Shown in pieces: positions 47,942 to 57,125 of a DNA stretch of 64,000 nt. Made by a program: the position numbers and the translations under genes. Numbering within the stretch: the stretch's first letter is position 1; the number at the start of each line of letters is the position of its first letter. The DNA is from an uncultured Candidatus Saccharibacteria bacterium (GTDB taxonomy: Bacteria; Patescibacteriota; Minisyncoccia; UBA6257; UBA11618): positions 6,661 to 70,660 of the forward strand of contig CAYIII010000002.1 of NCBI GenBank assembly GCA_964363475.1, read 5' to 3'. The notes beneath the pieces were generated by a model. The model worked only from the letters and a program-made list of their open reading frames with translations, had not been told where the DNA came from and made no database searches.

Positions 47942-49631
47942 ATATATAATTTCTCTTATAGAAAAAACGAGTGTTGATTTAGTGCCTGTTATTACTGGTG
48001 GGGCTATTATGAAATTAGTAGATGATATTGGGCGGAATTCTAAATTAAAATATTTATGTCCAAATCATGAACAAGCTTTGGCTATGATTGTTGATGCTTA
48101 CGCTAGGATTAAAGGATTTGGAGTGGGATTGGTGACTAGCGGACCCGGTGGCACTAATTTAATAACCGGCATTTGCTGTTCTTATTATGATTCTATTCCT
48201 TGTCTTTTTATTTCAGGACAAGTAGGCATGTTTCATATGAAAGGCAAACGAGTTATCCGCCAACGCGGCTTTCAAGAAACTGATATTATAAGCGTTGTTA
48301 AATCAATTACTAAACACGCCGTCTTATTAGATAATCCGGAAAAGACACGCTATGAGTTTGAAAAAGCTGTTTACATGGCTAAATCAGGAAGACCTGGGCC
48401 AGTTTTAATTGACCTTCCCTACAACATTCAACGGGCACTTATTGACCCTGATAAACTTATCGGCTTTATTCCAGAAAAGTGGTTCGACCACGCTCACCAC
48501 AAGAAGAAAAATGATTCCGAAAAGCAATTAGAAAAAGCAAGTAGGGTAATTATAAAAGAATTAAAAAATGCTAAAAAACCCCTTATTTTAGTTGGTGGTG
48601 GCGTTCGTTTGGCAAATCAAGTAGAAACTATTAATAAGGTAGTTAGCTATCTTCAAATCCCAGTTGTTACCACTTGGGGAGCTTTGGATAATTTTGACTG
48701 GAATCATAAATTATATGGAGGTAATATCGGCAGATTAGGGAATCCGTCGGCTTTAAAAATGATTGATGAATGCGATTTACTGTTGGCTTTAGGCACAAGA
48801 TTTACCACTAAAGCTATTATTAATGAAAAAGAATTTTCTAAACAAGCAAAAATTATTTCCGTTGATGTAGATAATGGAGAGCTAAACGAAGGATTGATTT
48901 CTCCCCAAATTAAAATTCAGGCAGAATTACAAGATTTTTTGCCTAACTTTCTAAATTTAGTAAAAAAACAAAAAATTACTTTAAATATTAATGAATGGAG
49001 AAAAAGGGTTAATGAGTTAAAGATTAATTTTTTTCATATTAAATCACCGTCCGCTGATGATAAGAATTATGTTAATCCGTATTATTTTATGGAAATTTTA
49101 TCAGAATTATTACAGCATGATGATATAATTGTCGCCGATTGCGGCACAAATCTTACTTGGGCGGTTCAAGGATATAAACCTAAAAAGGGGCAAAGATTTA
49201 TATCTGCTTGGGGTAATTCGCCAATGGGTTATGCTTTGCCCGCGGCTATTGGCGCTTATTATGCGAATAAAAATGTTAATGTTGTTGTCACTACGGGAGA
49301 CGGCGGTTTTCAAATGAATATTCAGGAATTACAAACAATAGCCGTTAATAAAATACCGGTTAAGGTTTTTATACTTAATAATCAGTGTTACGCGAATATT
49401 AAATTTCCTGCTCGAGAACAATTTAATGGAAGGACTTTTGCCACCGAATCAAGTAACGGATATGAAGCGCCCGATTTTGTTAAAATTGCCACAGCTTATG
49501 GTTTAAAATCTTTAAGAATAAAATTTAATAAAAACTTAAAAGAGAAAATAAAAAGTATATTATCAAAAAAAGAACCGATAATTATTGATGTTATGTGCGA
49601 TCCAGAACTTTATGTTTTTGATAATGTATGA
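47844..49631 (+). CDS. Thiamine-diphosphate-dependent enzyme of the acetolactate-synthase large-subunit family (YerE-like candidate)
   Basis: About 595 aa; three-domain ALS-like layout; ThDP motif TTGDGGFQMNIQELQ...VFILNNQCY (GDG...NN). Start is uncertain (GTG at 47835 or ATG at 47844), with about 100 nt overlap with the preceding gene. Confidence 0.75.
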   Translation: MQTLPKLKKISDGTPKLALKQELKSSKKLTVSEYIISLIEKTSVDLVPVITGGAIMKLVDDIGRNSKLKYLCPNHEQALAMIVDAYARIKGFGVGLVTSGPGGTNLITGICCSYYDSIPCLFISGQVGMFHMKGKRVIRQRGFQETDIISVVKSITKHAVLLDNPEKTRYEFEKAVYMAKSGRPGPVLIDLPYNIQRALIDPDKLIGFIPEKWFDHAHHKKKNDSEKQLEKASRVIIKELKNAKKPLILVGGGVRLANQVETINKVVSYLQIPVVTTWGALDNFDWNHKLYGGNIGRLGNPSALKMIDECDLLLALGTRFTTKAIINEKEFSKQAKIISVDVDNGELNEGLISPQIKIQAELQDFLPNFLNLVKKQKITLNINEWRKRVNELKINFFHIKSPSADDKNYVNPYYFMEILSELLQHDDIIVADCGTNLTWAVQGYKPKKGQRFISAWGNSPMGYALPAAIGAYYANKNVNVVVTTGDGGFQMNIQELQTIAVNKIPVKVFILNNQCYANIKFPAREQFNGRTFATESSNGYEAPDFVKIATAYGLKSLRIKFNKNLKEKIKSILSKKEPIIIDVMCDPELYVFDNV

Positions 49632-50479
49632 AAGTCATTATTACCGGTTCAGAAGGTTTTATTGGTAAGGAGCTTTCAAAACAATGCCGTAAACTCGGTC
49701 ATAAAGTTGTTGGTATAGATTTAATAAATGGTTTAGATATAAGATCTGCTGATATAGCAGACCACTTGCCTATTAACTCGGACGTACTAATTCATCTCGC
49801 CGCTCTTGCTCAACCCAAACAGTGTTTGAATAATGCGAAAAGTTGTTTTGATAATAACATTTTAGGAACAGTTAATATTTTTGAGGCCGCTATGATAAAA
49901 AAAGTAAAACATTTTATTTTTGCTTCCAGTGAATGGATTTATGGAGATTTTAATTCTAATAAGGAACTTTTAGAAGATTCTTTTATTGATTTAAAATCTA
50001 TTAATAGCGAATACGCCCTATCTAAACTTGTCTCCGAATGTTATCTAAAACAGTATTATCTTAAATATTTAATACCGACTACTATTTTACGCTTTAGTAT
50101 AGTTTATGGACCAGACAATAAACACCAAACCGCAGTTGAATCTTTATTTAATTCTATTAAAATAGGTAATAAAGTTAGCGTTGGTTCTCTAAAAACAGCT
50201 AGAAGATTTATCCACGTGGAAGATGTTGCTTCGGGGATTATTACCAGTTTTTCAAAAAAAAGGTTGGGATTTGAAATTTATAATTTATCATATAATAAAT
50301 TAATTGCTTTAAAAGAAATTATAGAAACTAGCGCCAAGCTTTTAAGAGTTAAACCTACGATAATAGAATTAGACCCAAACAACTTTATTATTAGAAATCC
50401 ATCTAATAATAAATTTAAGAAAATATTTAAATGGAAACCAAAAATTGATTTAAAAACAGGATTAAAAACTTTAAATTAA
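49628..50479 (+). CDS. SDR-family NAD-dependent epimerase/reductase
   Basis: 283 aa; ITGSEGFIGKEL, YALSK (YxxxK). Confidence 0.7.
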   Translation: MKVIITGSEGFIGKELSKQCRKLGHKVVGIDLINGLDIRSADIADHLPINSDVLIHLAALAQPKQCLNNAKSCFDNNILGTVNIFEAAMIKKVKHFIFASSEWIYGDFNSNKELLEDSFIDLKSINSEYALSKLVSECYLKQYYLKYLIPTTILRFSIVYGPDNKHQTAVESLFNSIKIGNKVSVGSLKTARRFIHVEDVASGIITSFSKKRLGFEIYNLSYNKLIALKEIIETSAKLLRVKPTIIELDPNNFIIRNPSNNKFKKIFKWKPKIDLKTGLKTLN

Positions 50480-50487
50480 CATTTAAA

Positions 50488-51636
50488 ATGAAATATAAAT
50501 TTAGTAAAAGATTGTGTGCTTTATGCGGATCCAATAGAAAATTTAAAAATCTATTTACGCAAAGATCCGAACGCCTAAAAGTTAATTATGTTGTTTCGGA
50601 ATGTTTATCTTGCGGATTTATTCATCAAAATCCCGCATGGGAACAGAAATTTTATAATGATCTTTATGCGGATCTTATTTATGACCCTACCAATCATAAA
50701 TTTTATCCGGCTCAAGTTAAAAGATATAAGGGGGTGGCAGATATTATTGCCACGCTTTTCCCTTCTAATAAGATAGAAAGATTGTTAGATTTTGGTTGTT
50801 ATGACGGTTCTTTTATTGAGTGGCTAAAAAAATTTACCAATTGGGGAAAGCGTATTCAATTAGTCGGTTATGACATTCACTTAAAAAATATAGCGAATAA
50901 AAGTGGTTTTTATAATTCTTTAGATTTTTTAACAAAAAAAGAGGGTGGGTTTGATGTTGTGGTTTTAAATCATGTTTTAGAGCATATATATAATCCATTA
51001 GAAACTTTAAAGTTTATTAAAAATAATTTATTGAGAAACAATGGATTTATAATTATAGAGGTTCCCGATGTTTCTTTTTTAAGGGAAGATGATGTTGTCC
51101 CTGCTTATATCCAGCATATTAATTATTTTACTCCGCATACCATAACTAGATTGAGCAACAAGGCCAATTTATCAACGCAATATTTAAAAACTTTTAAAAA
51201 CTTTGATGTAAATCGAGAACCCTACTCCCCCACTTTGTTAGTTGTTTTTCAAAATGATTTAAATTATTTAGCCGATGGACAATCGCTTAAATCAGCTTTT
51301 AAATTAAATGAAAGCAAATTAAAAGGAAAACTCTCTAAAATTAAAAAAAATACCTCTTTGGGCGTAATTGGCTGTGGAGATGCATTGTTTACTGTTTTTA
51401 ATTTTATAAAAAAAGAATTTAAAAATATAACTGTAAATTCTTTATTTGATAATAATAAAAATATTTGGAATCAAAAAATGTTCGGAATGCTCGTTCAGCC
51501 GGTAGAAAAAATAAAGGAAGGAAAATGCGATTTATTTCTAATATGCACCCTAAACAAACACAATGCTGAGCAAATTTTGTCTCAAATATCCGAATATACT
51601 TCTCCCAATAAAATTATTACGGTCTTAAATATTTGA
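50488..51636 (+). CDS. Zn-ribbon-containing SAM-dependent methyltransferase with extra C-terminal Rossmann-like domain
   Basis: 382 aa; CALCGS...CLSCGF (2x CxxC); LLDFGCYDGSF motif I; VVVLNHVLEHI. Confidence 0.55.
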   Translation: MKYKFSKRLCALCGSNRKFKNLFTQRSERLKVNYVVSECLSCGFIHQNPAWEQKFYNDLYADLIYDPTNHKFYPAQVKRYKGVADIIATLFPSNKIERLLDFGCYDGSFIEWLKKFTNWGKRIQLVGYDIHLKNIANKSGFYNSLDFLTKKEGGFDVVVLNHVLEHIYNPLETLKFIKNNLLRNNGFIIIEVPDVSFLREDDVVPAYIQHINYFTPHTITRLSNKANLSTQYLKTFKNFDVNREPYSPTLLVVFQNDLNYLADGQSLKSAFKLNESKLKGKLSKIKKNTSLGVIGCGDALFTVFNFIKKEFKNITVNSLFDNNKNIWNQKMFGMLVQPVEKIKEGKCDLFLICTLNKHNAEQILSQISEYTSPNKIITVLNI

Positions 51637-52379
51637 TTATAAATATGGACCCAATTAAAGCGTTTCAATTAGAAAGAGAAGGTAACATAAAAAAATTAGG
51701 AAAAAATAAGGAGCTTAAAAAAATAGCCGAAAATTTTATTATAAAATCCAGCAAGATTAAATATGTTTATAATTTCAATTGGCTAGGCAGGCCGATTATC
51801 CAGTTTCCACAGGAGATAGTCGCTATACAAGAAATTATTTGGTCCGTAAAGCCAGATTTAATTATTGAAACAGGTATTGCGCATGGCGGGTCAATTATTC
51901 TATCAGCATCCATATTAGAATTAATTGGCAAAAACGGACTTGTGGTAGGAATTGACATTGATATTAGAAAACATAATAAGAAACTAATTAAAGCGCACTT
52001 TTTGTTTAAAAGGATTCGGATGTTAGAGGGCTCATCTATTGATATGGACATATATAATCAAGCAAAAAAAATTACTCAAGACAAAAAGAAGGTTATGGTT
52101 TTTTTAGATTCCAATCATACTTATAATCATGTTTGGCAAGAATTGTGTTTATATTCTAAATTAGTAAGTAAAAATAGTTATATTGTAGTTTTTGATACTG
52201 TTACCGAAATAATACCAAAAGAAATTTCTAAAAATAGACCTTGGGGGAAAGGTAATAATCCAAAAACAGCTGTTGATAGGTTTTTAAGAGAGAATAAAAA
52301 TTTTGTAGTAGACAAAAATATTAATAATAAATTATTGATTACTACCAATCCCGGCGGATATTTAAAAAAAATAAGCTAA
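51633..52379 (+). CDS. CmcI/'cephalosporin hydroxylase'-family SAM methyltransferase (sugar O-methyltransferase type)
   Basis: 248 aa; PDLIIETGIAHGGSIILSA...VVGIDIDIRKHN. Confidence 0.65.
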   Translation: MIINMDPIKAFQLEREGNIKKLGKNKELKKIAENFIIKSSKIKYVYNFNWLGRPIIQFPQEIVAIQEIIWSVKPDLIIETGIAHGGSIILSASILELIGKNGLVVGIDIDIRKHNKKLIKAHFLFKRIRMLEGSSIDMDIYNQAKKITQDKKKVMVFLDSNHTYNHVWQELCLYSKLVSKNSYIVVFDTVTEIIPKEISKNRPWGKGNNPKTAVDRFLRENKNFVVDKNINNKLLITTNPGGYLKKIS

Positions 52380-52380
52380 A

Positions 52381-53238
52381 ATGAACCGACCATTAGTTAG
52401 TATAGGAATGGCAATATATAACGAAGAAAGATTTCTTTCTCAAACTCTGGACTCATTATTAGCTCAAGATTATTCTAATCTGGAAGTTATTATCTGTGAT
52501 AATGTTTCTACTGATAAAACTGGAGGAATAGCTCAAGAATACTCTAAAAAAGATAATCGTATTAAATATTATCTTAACGAAAGCAATGTCGGCGGAACAA
52601 GAAACTATAACAAAGTATTTTTTCTATCTTCCGGAGAATATTTTATGTGGGTTGGCGGACATGATTTGTATGATAAAAGTTTTATTTCCTCTTGCGTAGA
52701 AATTTTAGAAAAAGATAAAAATGTGGTTCTGGTGTATTCTTTAACAAATATTATTGATGATTTAAATAATAAAACTGGGTCACTGTCTCATCATATAGAT
52801 ACTCGTTCTCTAAATCCTTTATTGAGATTTCATTTATTTTTTTATTATTTAACGAAGGTTCACCCCACCCATGGCCTAATAAGATACGATTCAATAAAAA
52901 GAACCGGTCTCTATAAAAAAGTATTAAATCCAGACAATATGCTTTTTAGTCAATTAGCCTTAATGGGAGAATTTGCTCATATACCCAAATTTTTATTTTA
53001 TTTTCGTACAATTAGGCCCAAAGAAACCGGTTGGGAAACTACCCTGAGACACATAAAAGACATATATAGTCCAAGGCATCAAAATTATCCTTATATTTTT
53101 TATACATTACATCAGTTTTATTATCATGTTCTCTCTATTTATGAAGCTCCTGTAAGTTGGTACTATAAGCCAATTCTTGTTTTTATACTTATTTTCGAAG
53201 GTCTTCTATTACGCATAAGAATAGCTATGAAAATTTAA
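52381..53238 (+). CDS. GT2 glycosyltransferase, tandem paralog 1 of 4
   Basis: 285 aa; SIGMAIYNEERFLSQTLDSLLAQDYSNLEVIICDNVSTDKTG. Confidence 0.75.
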   Translation: MNRPLVSIGMAIYNEERFLSQTLDSLLAQDYSNLEVIICDNVSTDKTGGIAQEYSKKDNRIKYYLNESNVGGTRNYNKVFFLSSGEYFMWVGGHDLYDKSFISSCVEILEKDKNVVLVYSLTNIIDDLNNKTGSLSHHIDTRSLNPLLRFHLFFYYLTKVHPTHGLIRYDSIKRTGLYKKVLNPDNMLFSQLALMGEFAHIPKFLFYFRTIRPKETGWETTLRHIKDIYSPRHQNYPYIFYTLHQFYYHVLSIYEAPVSWYYKPILVFILIFEGLLLRIRIAMKI

Positions 53239-53241
53239 AAG

Positions 53242-54129
53242 ATGAATAATAAACCATTGGTTAGCATAGGAATGCCTGTTTTCAACGAAGAAAGATTTCT
53301 TTCTCAAACATTAGATTCATTATTGGCTCAAGATTATTCTAATCTGGAAATTATTATTTGTGATAATATTTCTACTGATAAAACTGGGGAAATAGTTCAG
53401 GAATATGAAAAAAAAGATAACCGTATTAAATATTATCTTAATAAGAATAACATTGGCTTATTAAGAAATTCTAATAAAGTATTCACTTTGTCTTCCGGAA
53501 AGTATTTTATGTTAGTTGGTGGACACGATTTGTATGATAAAAGCTTTATTTCCTCTTGCGTAGAAATTTTAGAAAAAGATAGAAATGTAGTTTTGGTGTA
53601 TGCATTAACATATTTCATTGATGATTTAAATAATAAGATTGGGGCTTGGTCTAATCGCCTAGATACCCGTTCTTTAAATCCTTTATTAAGATATCATTTA
53701 TTCTTTTATTATTTATTGAGGATTCATTATATTCATGGATTGATGAGACGCGATTTAATAAAAAAGACTGATTTTTTCAAAAATACGGTAAATGCTGATT
53801 GTATGCTCATAAGCCGCTTGTCTTTAATAGGCGAATTTACTTATATACCAAAATTTTTATTTTATTATCGCATGGTTAGACCAAAAGAAACTGGTTCGGA
53901 AAATATTCAGAAACAAATAAGAGATATATATAGTAAAAAACACCAAAATCACTTCTACATCTTTTATCTTCTGCACCAATTTTATTATCATATTCTTCTT
54001 ATTTATAAAGCTCCTGTAGCTTGGTATTATAAGCCAATTATTATTTTTATACTTATTTTTGCGTTTTTTTCATTACGTATAAGGTTGATTATCAAAAATT
54101 TAAAACATGAACAATCGCTCATTGGTTAG
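53242..54129 (+). CDS. GT2 glycosyltransferase, tandem paralog 2 of 4
   Basis: 295 aa; SIGMPVFNEERFLSQTLDSLLAQDYSNLEIIICDNISTDKTG. Confidence 0.75.
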   Translation: MNNKPLVSIGMPVFNEERFLSQTLDSLLAQDYSNLEIIICDNISTDKTGEIVQEYEKKDNRIKYYLNKNNIGLLRNSNKVFTLSSGKYFMLVGGHDLYDKSFISSCVEILEKDRNVVLVYALTYFIDDLNNKIGAWSNRLDTRSLNPLLRYHLFFYYLLRIHYIHGLMRRDLIKKTDFFKNTVNADCMLISRLSLIGEFTYIPKFLFYYRMVRPKETGSENIQKQIRDIYSKKHQNHFYIFYLLHQFYYHILLIYKAPVAWYYKPIIIFILIFAFFSLRIRLIIKNLKHEQSLIG

Positions 54130-54991
54130 TATAGGACTTCCCGTTTTCAACGAAGAAAGATTTCTTTCTCAGACACTGGACTCATTATTGGCTCAAGATT
54201 ATTCTAATCTGGAAATTATTATTTGTGATAACGCTTCTACTGATAAGACCGGGGAAATAGCCCAAGAATATGCTAGAAAAGATAGCCGTATTAAATATCA
54301 TCTTAATGAAAGTAATATTGGCGGAACAAGAAATTTTAATAAAGTATTTCTCTTGTCTTCCGGAGAATATTTTATGTGGGCAGGCGGACATGATTTGTAT
54401 GATAAAAGTTTTGTTTGTAAGTGTTTAAATATGTTTAAGGTAGAAAATAAAGTGGTATTAGTATATCCGATAACATCGTCAATAGATTGCGAAAATAATA
54501 ATTTAGGAACAATGCCAGGAAGATTGGATACGAGGGATTTGGGCATATCTCGTAAATTACACTGTATCCTTTGGGGAATACCCAACGGCAACCCCGTGTA
54601 TGGATTAATTAAAAGAAGCGCTATGGAGAAAACATTGTTATTCCAAAATATTTTAGGAATGGACTTAGTGTTTCTTTTCGAACTGTCTTTAGTTGGTGAT
54701 TTTGCTCATATTTCGGAAAAACTTTTTTACAGAAGAGAGGTTCATCCTGAAGAAAAAAACGGGGGCGCTAAACAGAGGCGCTTAAATGATACATATTTAA
54801 AAAAAATAAACGGCGCTAGTTTATTGCCTTATTGGTACTTAGTTTATAAAAAGTTAATAGTAATCAAAAAAGTTAATTTAAATAAATTAAAAAAAATAGG
54901 TCTTTTTGTATCCATTCTATTTAATTTAATTATTATATATGGATTAGCAATGTTGAGGGACTTAAAAAGAATATGGAAAAAAATAATCTAA
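54107..54991 (+). CDS. GT2 glycosyltransferase, tandem paralog 3 of 4
   Basis: 294 aa; SIGLPVFNEERFLSQTLDSLLAQDYSNLEIIICDNASTDKTG; overlaps paralog 2 by 23 nt. Confidence 0.75.
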   Translation: MNNRSLVSIGLPVFNEERFLSQTLDSLLAQDYSNLEIIICDNASTDKTGEIAQEYARKDSRIKYHLNESNIGGTRNFNKVFLLSSGEYFMWAGGHDLYDKSFVCKCLNMFKVENKVVLVYPITSSIDCENNNLGTMPGRLDTRDLGISRKLHCILWGIPNGNPVYGLIKRSAMEKTLLFQNILGMDLVFLFELSLVGDFAHISEKLFYRREVHPEEKNGGAKQRRLNDTYLKKINGASLLPYWYLVYKKLIVIKKVNLNKLKKIGLFVSILFNLIIIYGLAMLRDLKRIWKKII

Positions 54992-56268
54992 CCAAAAGTA
55001 ACATAGAATCAATTAATAGTTTAGGGCAATTTTATCATGGTCACTGGGATTTTAATGGGGGCTCTATTAACCACGAAGAAGGTATGAGGGGCAGGGCTGA
55101 TTTTCTTTTAAGAAAAGTACAAGAAATAATAAAAAATAATTTCAGTAATAATGAGATTAAAAAAGCGTCTATTATTGACATTGGATGTTATGACGGCTGG
55201 ATTACTCATCAATTAAGTCACTTACCCTTTAAGGAAATAATTGGTATTGAGCCAAGAATAAATAATATTACAAAGGGTAAAATGATAAGAAAAATTTTAA
55301 ACATTAAGACACGCGTAAAATTTAAACAAGATTCTTTAGAATCATTAGCAAAACATAAAAAACAATTTGATATAGTTCTTTGTCTTGGGGTACTACATCA
55401 TTGTGAGTCCATTTTTTTAGCGTTGAAACAATTAGATAAAATATCAAAAAAAATACTTGTAATTAGCACGATTTGTTTGCCGTCAAAATTCATTACAGAA
55501 AATATTAAAAATTATATTGAATTAAAGGATGTCGTTTATTTTAATCAAAAAAAAATATATGGTTTAACAGGGCAAAAATATGAGTCCGCATATTCTGATG
55601 GGTCAACATTTAATAATACAGTAGTTAGCATCCCCTCTCTTGAATCCTTAATTATGTACCTTAATGTTCTTGATTATGATTATAAAATCATTGCAAATCA
55701 CGATGACTTTAGTAAGTCCATTCCTAAGGACCCCAGAATCTCTCAAGAAATATTAATTTGTGCTGTAAAAAGAGAAGAAAATAAAAAATTAAATTATATG
55801 AATAACCCCATAAAAGATTATGAACAGGGCTTAATAGAGACCAATATTCAGTCCAATTATATATTACCAATATTTGATTATATTTGTTTAAAAAAAAGAG
55901 ATGTCAAAATGAATTTGATGGTAAAAAAAATAATTGCGTATATTGATTTTCCGGATGATAAAAAATTAAAAAATATATTTAATTTCTTTAAAAATATTTA
56001 TCAACAAGAAATTATTAAGAATTTGAAGTATAATCCTGCTGATAAAATTGGTCTTGAATGGGGAAAAATACTATACTCGCAAAAAAAATATAACGAGGCC
56101 ATTCAAGTTTTACAAAGCATAACTCAAAGATTAAATACTGATTGGCGATGTGTTTACCGTTCTTTTTATTTACTAAAAATAATATATGAGAAAATCGGAG
56201 ATAATAAAAAGGCAGAATATTATCACAGATTATGTAAAAATTGTAATCCCAATTTCCCTCTTTTATGA
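54973..56268 (+). CDS. Class I SAM-dependent methyltransferase with helical C-terminal extension
   Basis: 431 aa; IIDIGCYDGWITHQL motif I. Confidence 0.6.
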   Translation: MEKNNLTKSNIESINSLGQFYHGHWDFNGGSINHEEGMRGRADFLLRKVQEIIKNNFSNNEIKKASIIDIGCYDGWITHQLSHLPFKEIIGIEPRINNITKGKMIRKILNIKTRVKFKQDSLESLAKHKKQFDIVLCLGVLHHCESIFLALKQLDKISKKILVISTICLPSKFITENIKNYIELKDVVYFNQKKIYGLTGQKYESAYSDGSTFNNTVVSIPSLESLIMYLNVLDYDYKIIANHDDFSKSIPKDPRISQEILICAVKREENKKLNYMNNPIKDYEQGLIETNIQSNYILPIFDYICLKKRDVKMNLMVKKIIAYIDFPDDKKLKNIFNFFKNIYQQEIIKNLKYNPADKIGLEWGKILYSQKKYNEAIQVLQSITQRLNTDWRCVYRSFYLLKIIYEKIGDNKKAEYYHRLCKNCNPNFPLL

Positions 56269-57125
56269 AATTAGTTAATATAGGGGTTCCCGCTTTGAAT
56301 GAAGAAAGATTTCTTTCTCAGACACTGGACTCATTATTGGCTCAAGATTATTCCAATCTGGAAATTATTATTTGTGATAACGCTTCTACTGATAAGACCG
56401 AAGAAATATCTTGTAAATATGCGGGAAAAGATAGTCGCATTAAATATTTTAAAAATAAAGAACGATTATCTGGGCCAGAAAATTGGAATAGAGCCTTTCA
56501 ATTATCATCAAGTAAATATTTCATGTGGGCTAGTGGGCATGATTTATATGATAAAAGTTTTGTTTCTTCTTGTATGGAAATTTTAGAGAAGGAAGAAAAT
56601 GTGACTCTGGCTTATTCTTTAACTTATTCAATAGATGAATATAACAATAAATTACAAATTATACCGCAATACCTTGACACTAGAACATTAAATTTAATAT
56701 CAAGATTTAATAAGTTTATATTGGCTTCCAATAATTCTAGTTGTATACTTACTGGTTTAATAAGGTCAGAATCAATTAGAAAAACTCATTTAATGCAAAA
56801 TACATTGGCGGCAGACACGCTTTTTTTAAGTGAATTATCTTTATTGAGCTATTTTGCTCAAACACAAAAACCATTATATTATCGTCGAGAAATAAGACCA
56901 CATGAAACTCCCATTATGACTTCAAAAAGAAGAATTAAGGATATTTTTAGAAATAAAAAAAAATATCCAGCAATATTTTATTTATTTCATTTAATATATA
57001 AATATCTTATAACGATATGGCGATCTTCAATAAATTTCGGCTATAAAATAATTCTTTCTTTTTTTATTTTTTTTGATTTAGGAATTTTATATTTTAAAAC
57101 AATACTAAAATATGTGAAAAAATGA
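56265..57125 (+). CDS. GT2 glycosyltransferase, tandem paralog 4 of 4
   Basis: 286 aa; NIGVPALNEERFLSQTLDSLLAQDYSNLEIIICDNASTDKTE. Confidence 0.75.
   Translation: MKLVNIGVPALNEERFLSQTLDSLLAQDYSNLEIIICDNASTDKTEEISCKYAGKDSRIKYFKNKERLSGPENWNRAFQLSSSKYFMWASGHDLYDKSFVSSCMEILEKEENVTLAYSLTYSIDEYNNKLQIIPQYLDTRTLNLISRFNKFILASNNSSCILTGLIRSESIRKTHLMQNTLAADTLFLSELSLLSYFAQTQKPLYYRREIRPHETPIMTSKRRIKDIFRNKKKYPAIFYLFHLIYKYLITIWRSSINFGYKIILSFFIFFDLGILYFKTILKYVKK

Noticed and set aside
52381-56400. Recurrent ~100-nt near-identical sequence, considered as a possible CRISPR array or IS terminal repeat.
   Set aside because: The repeats are in frame inside four paralogous GT2 genes and encode the same conserved protein domain. 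Spacing is about 860 bp, not 30-40 bp. No cas genes or transposase are nearby.
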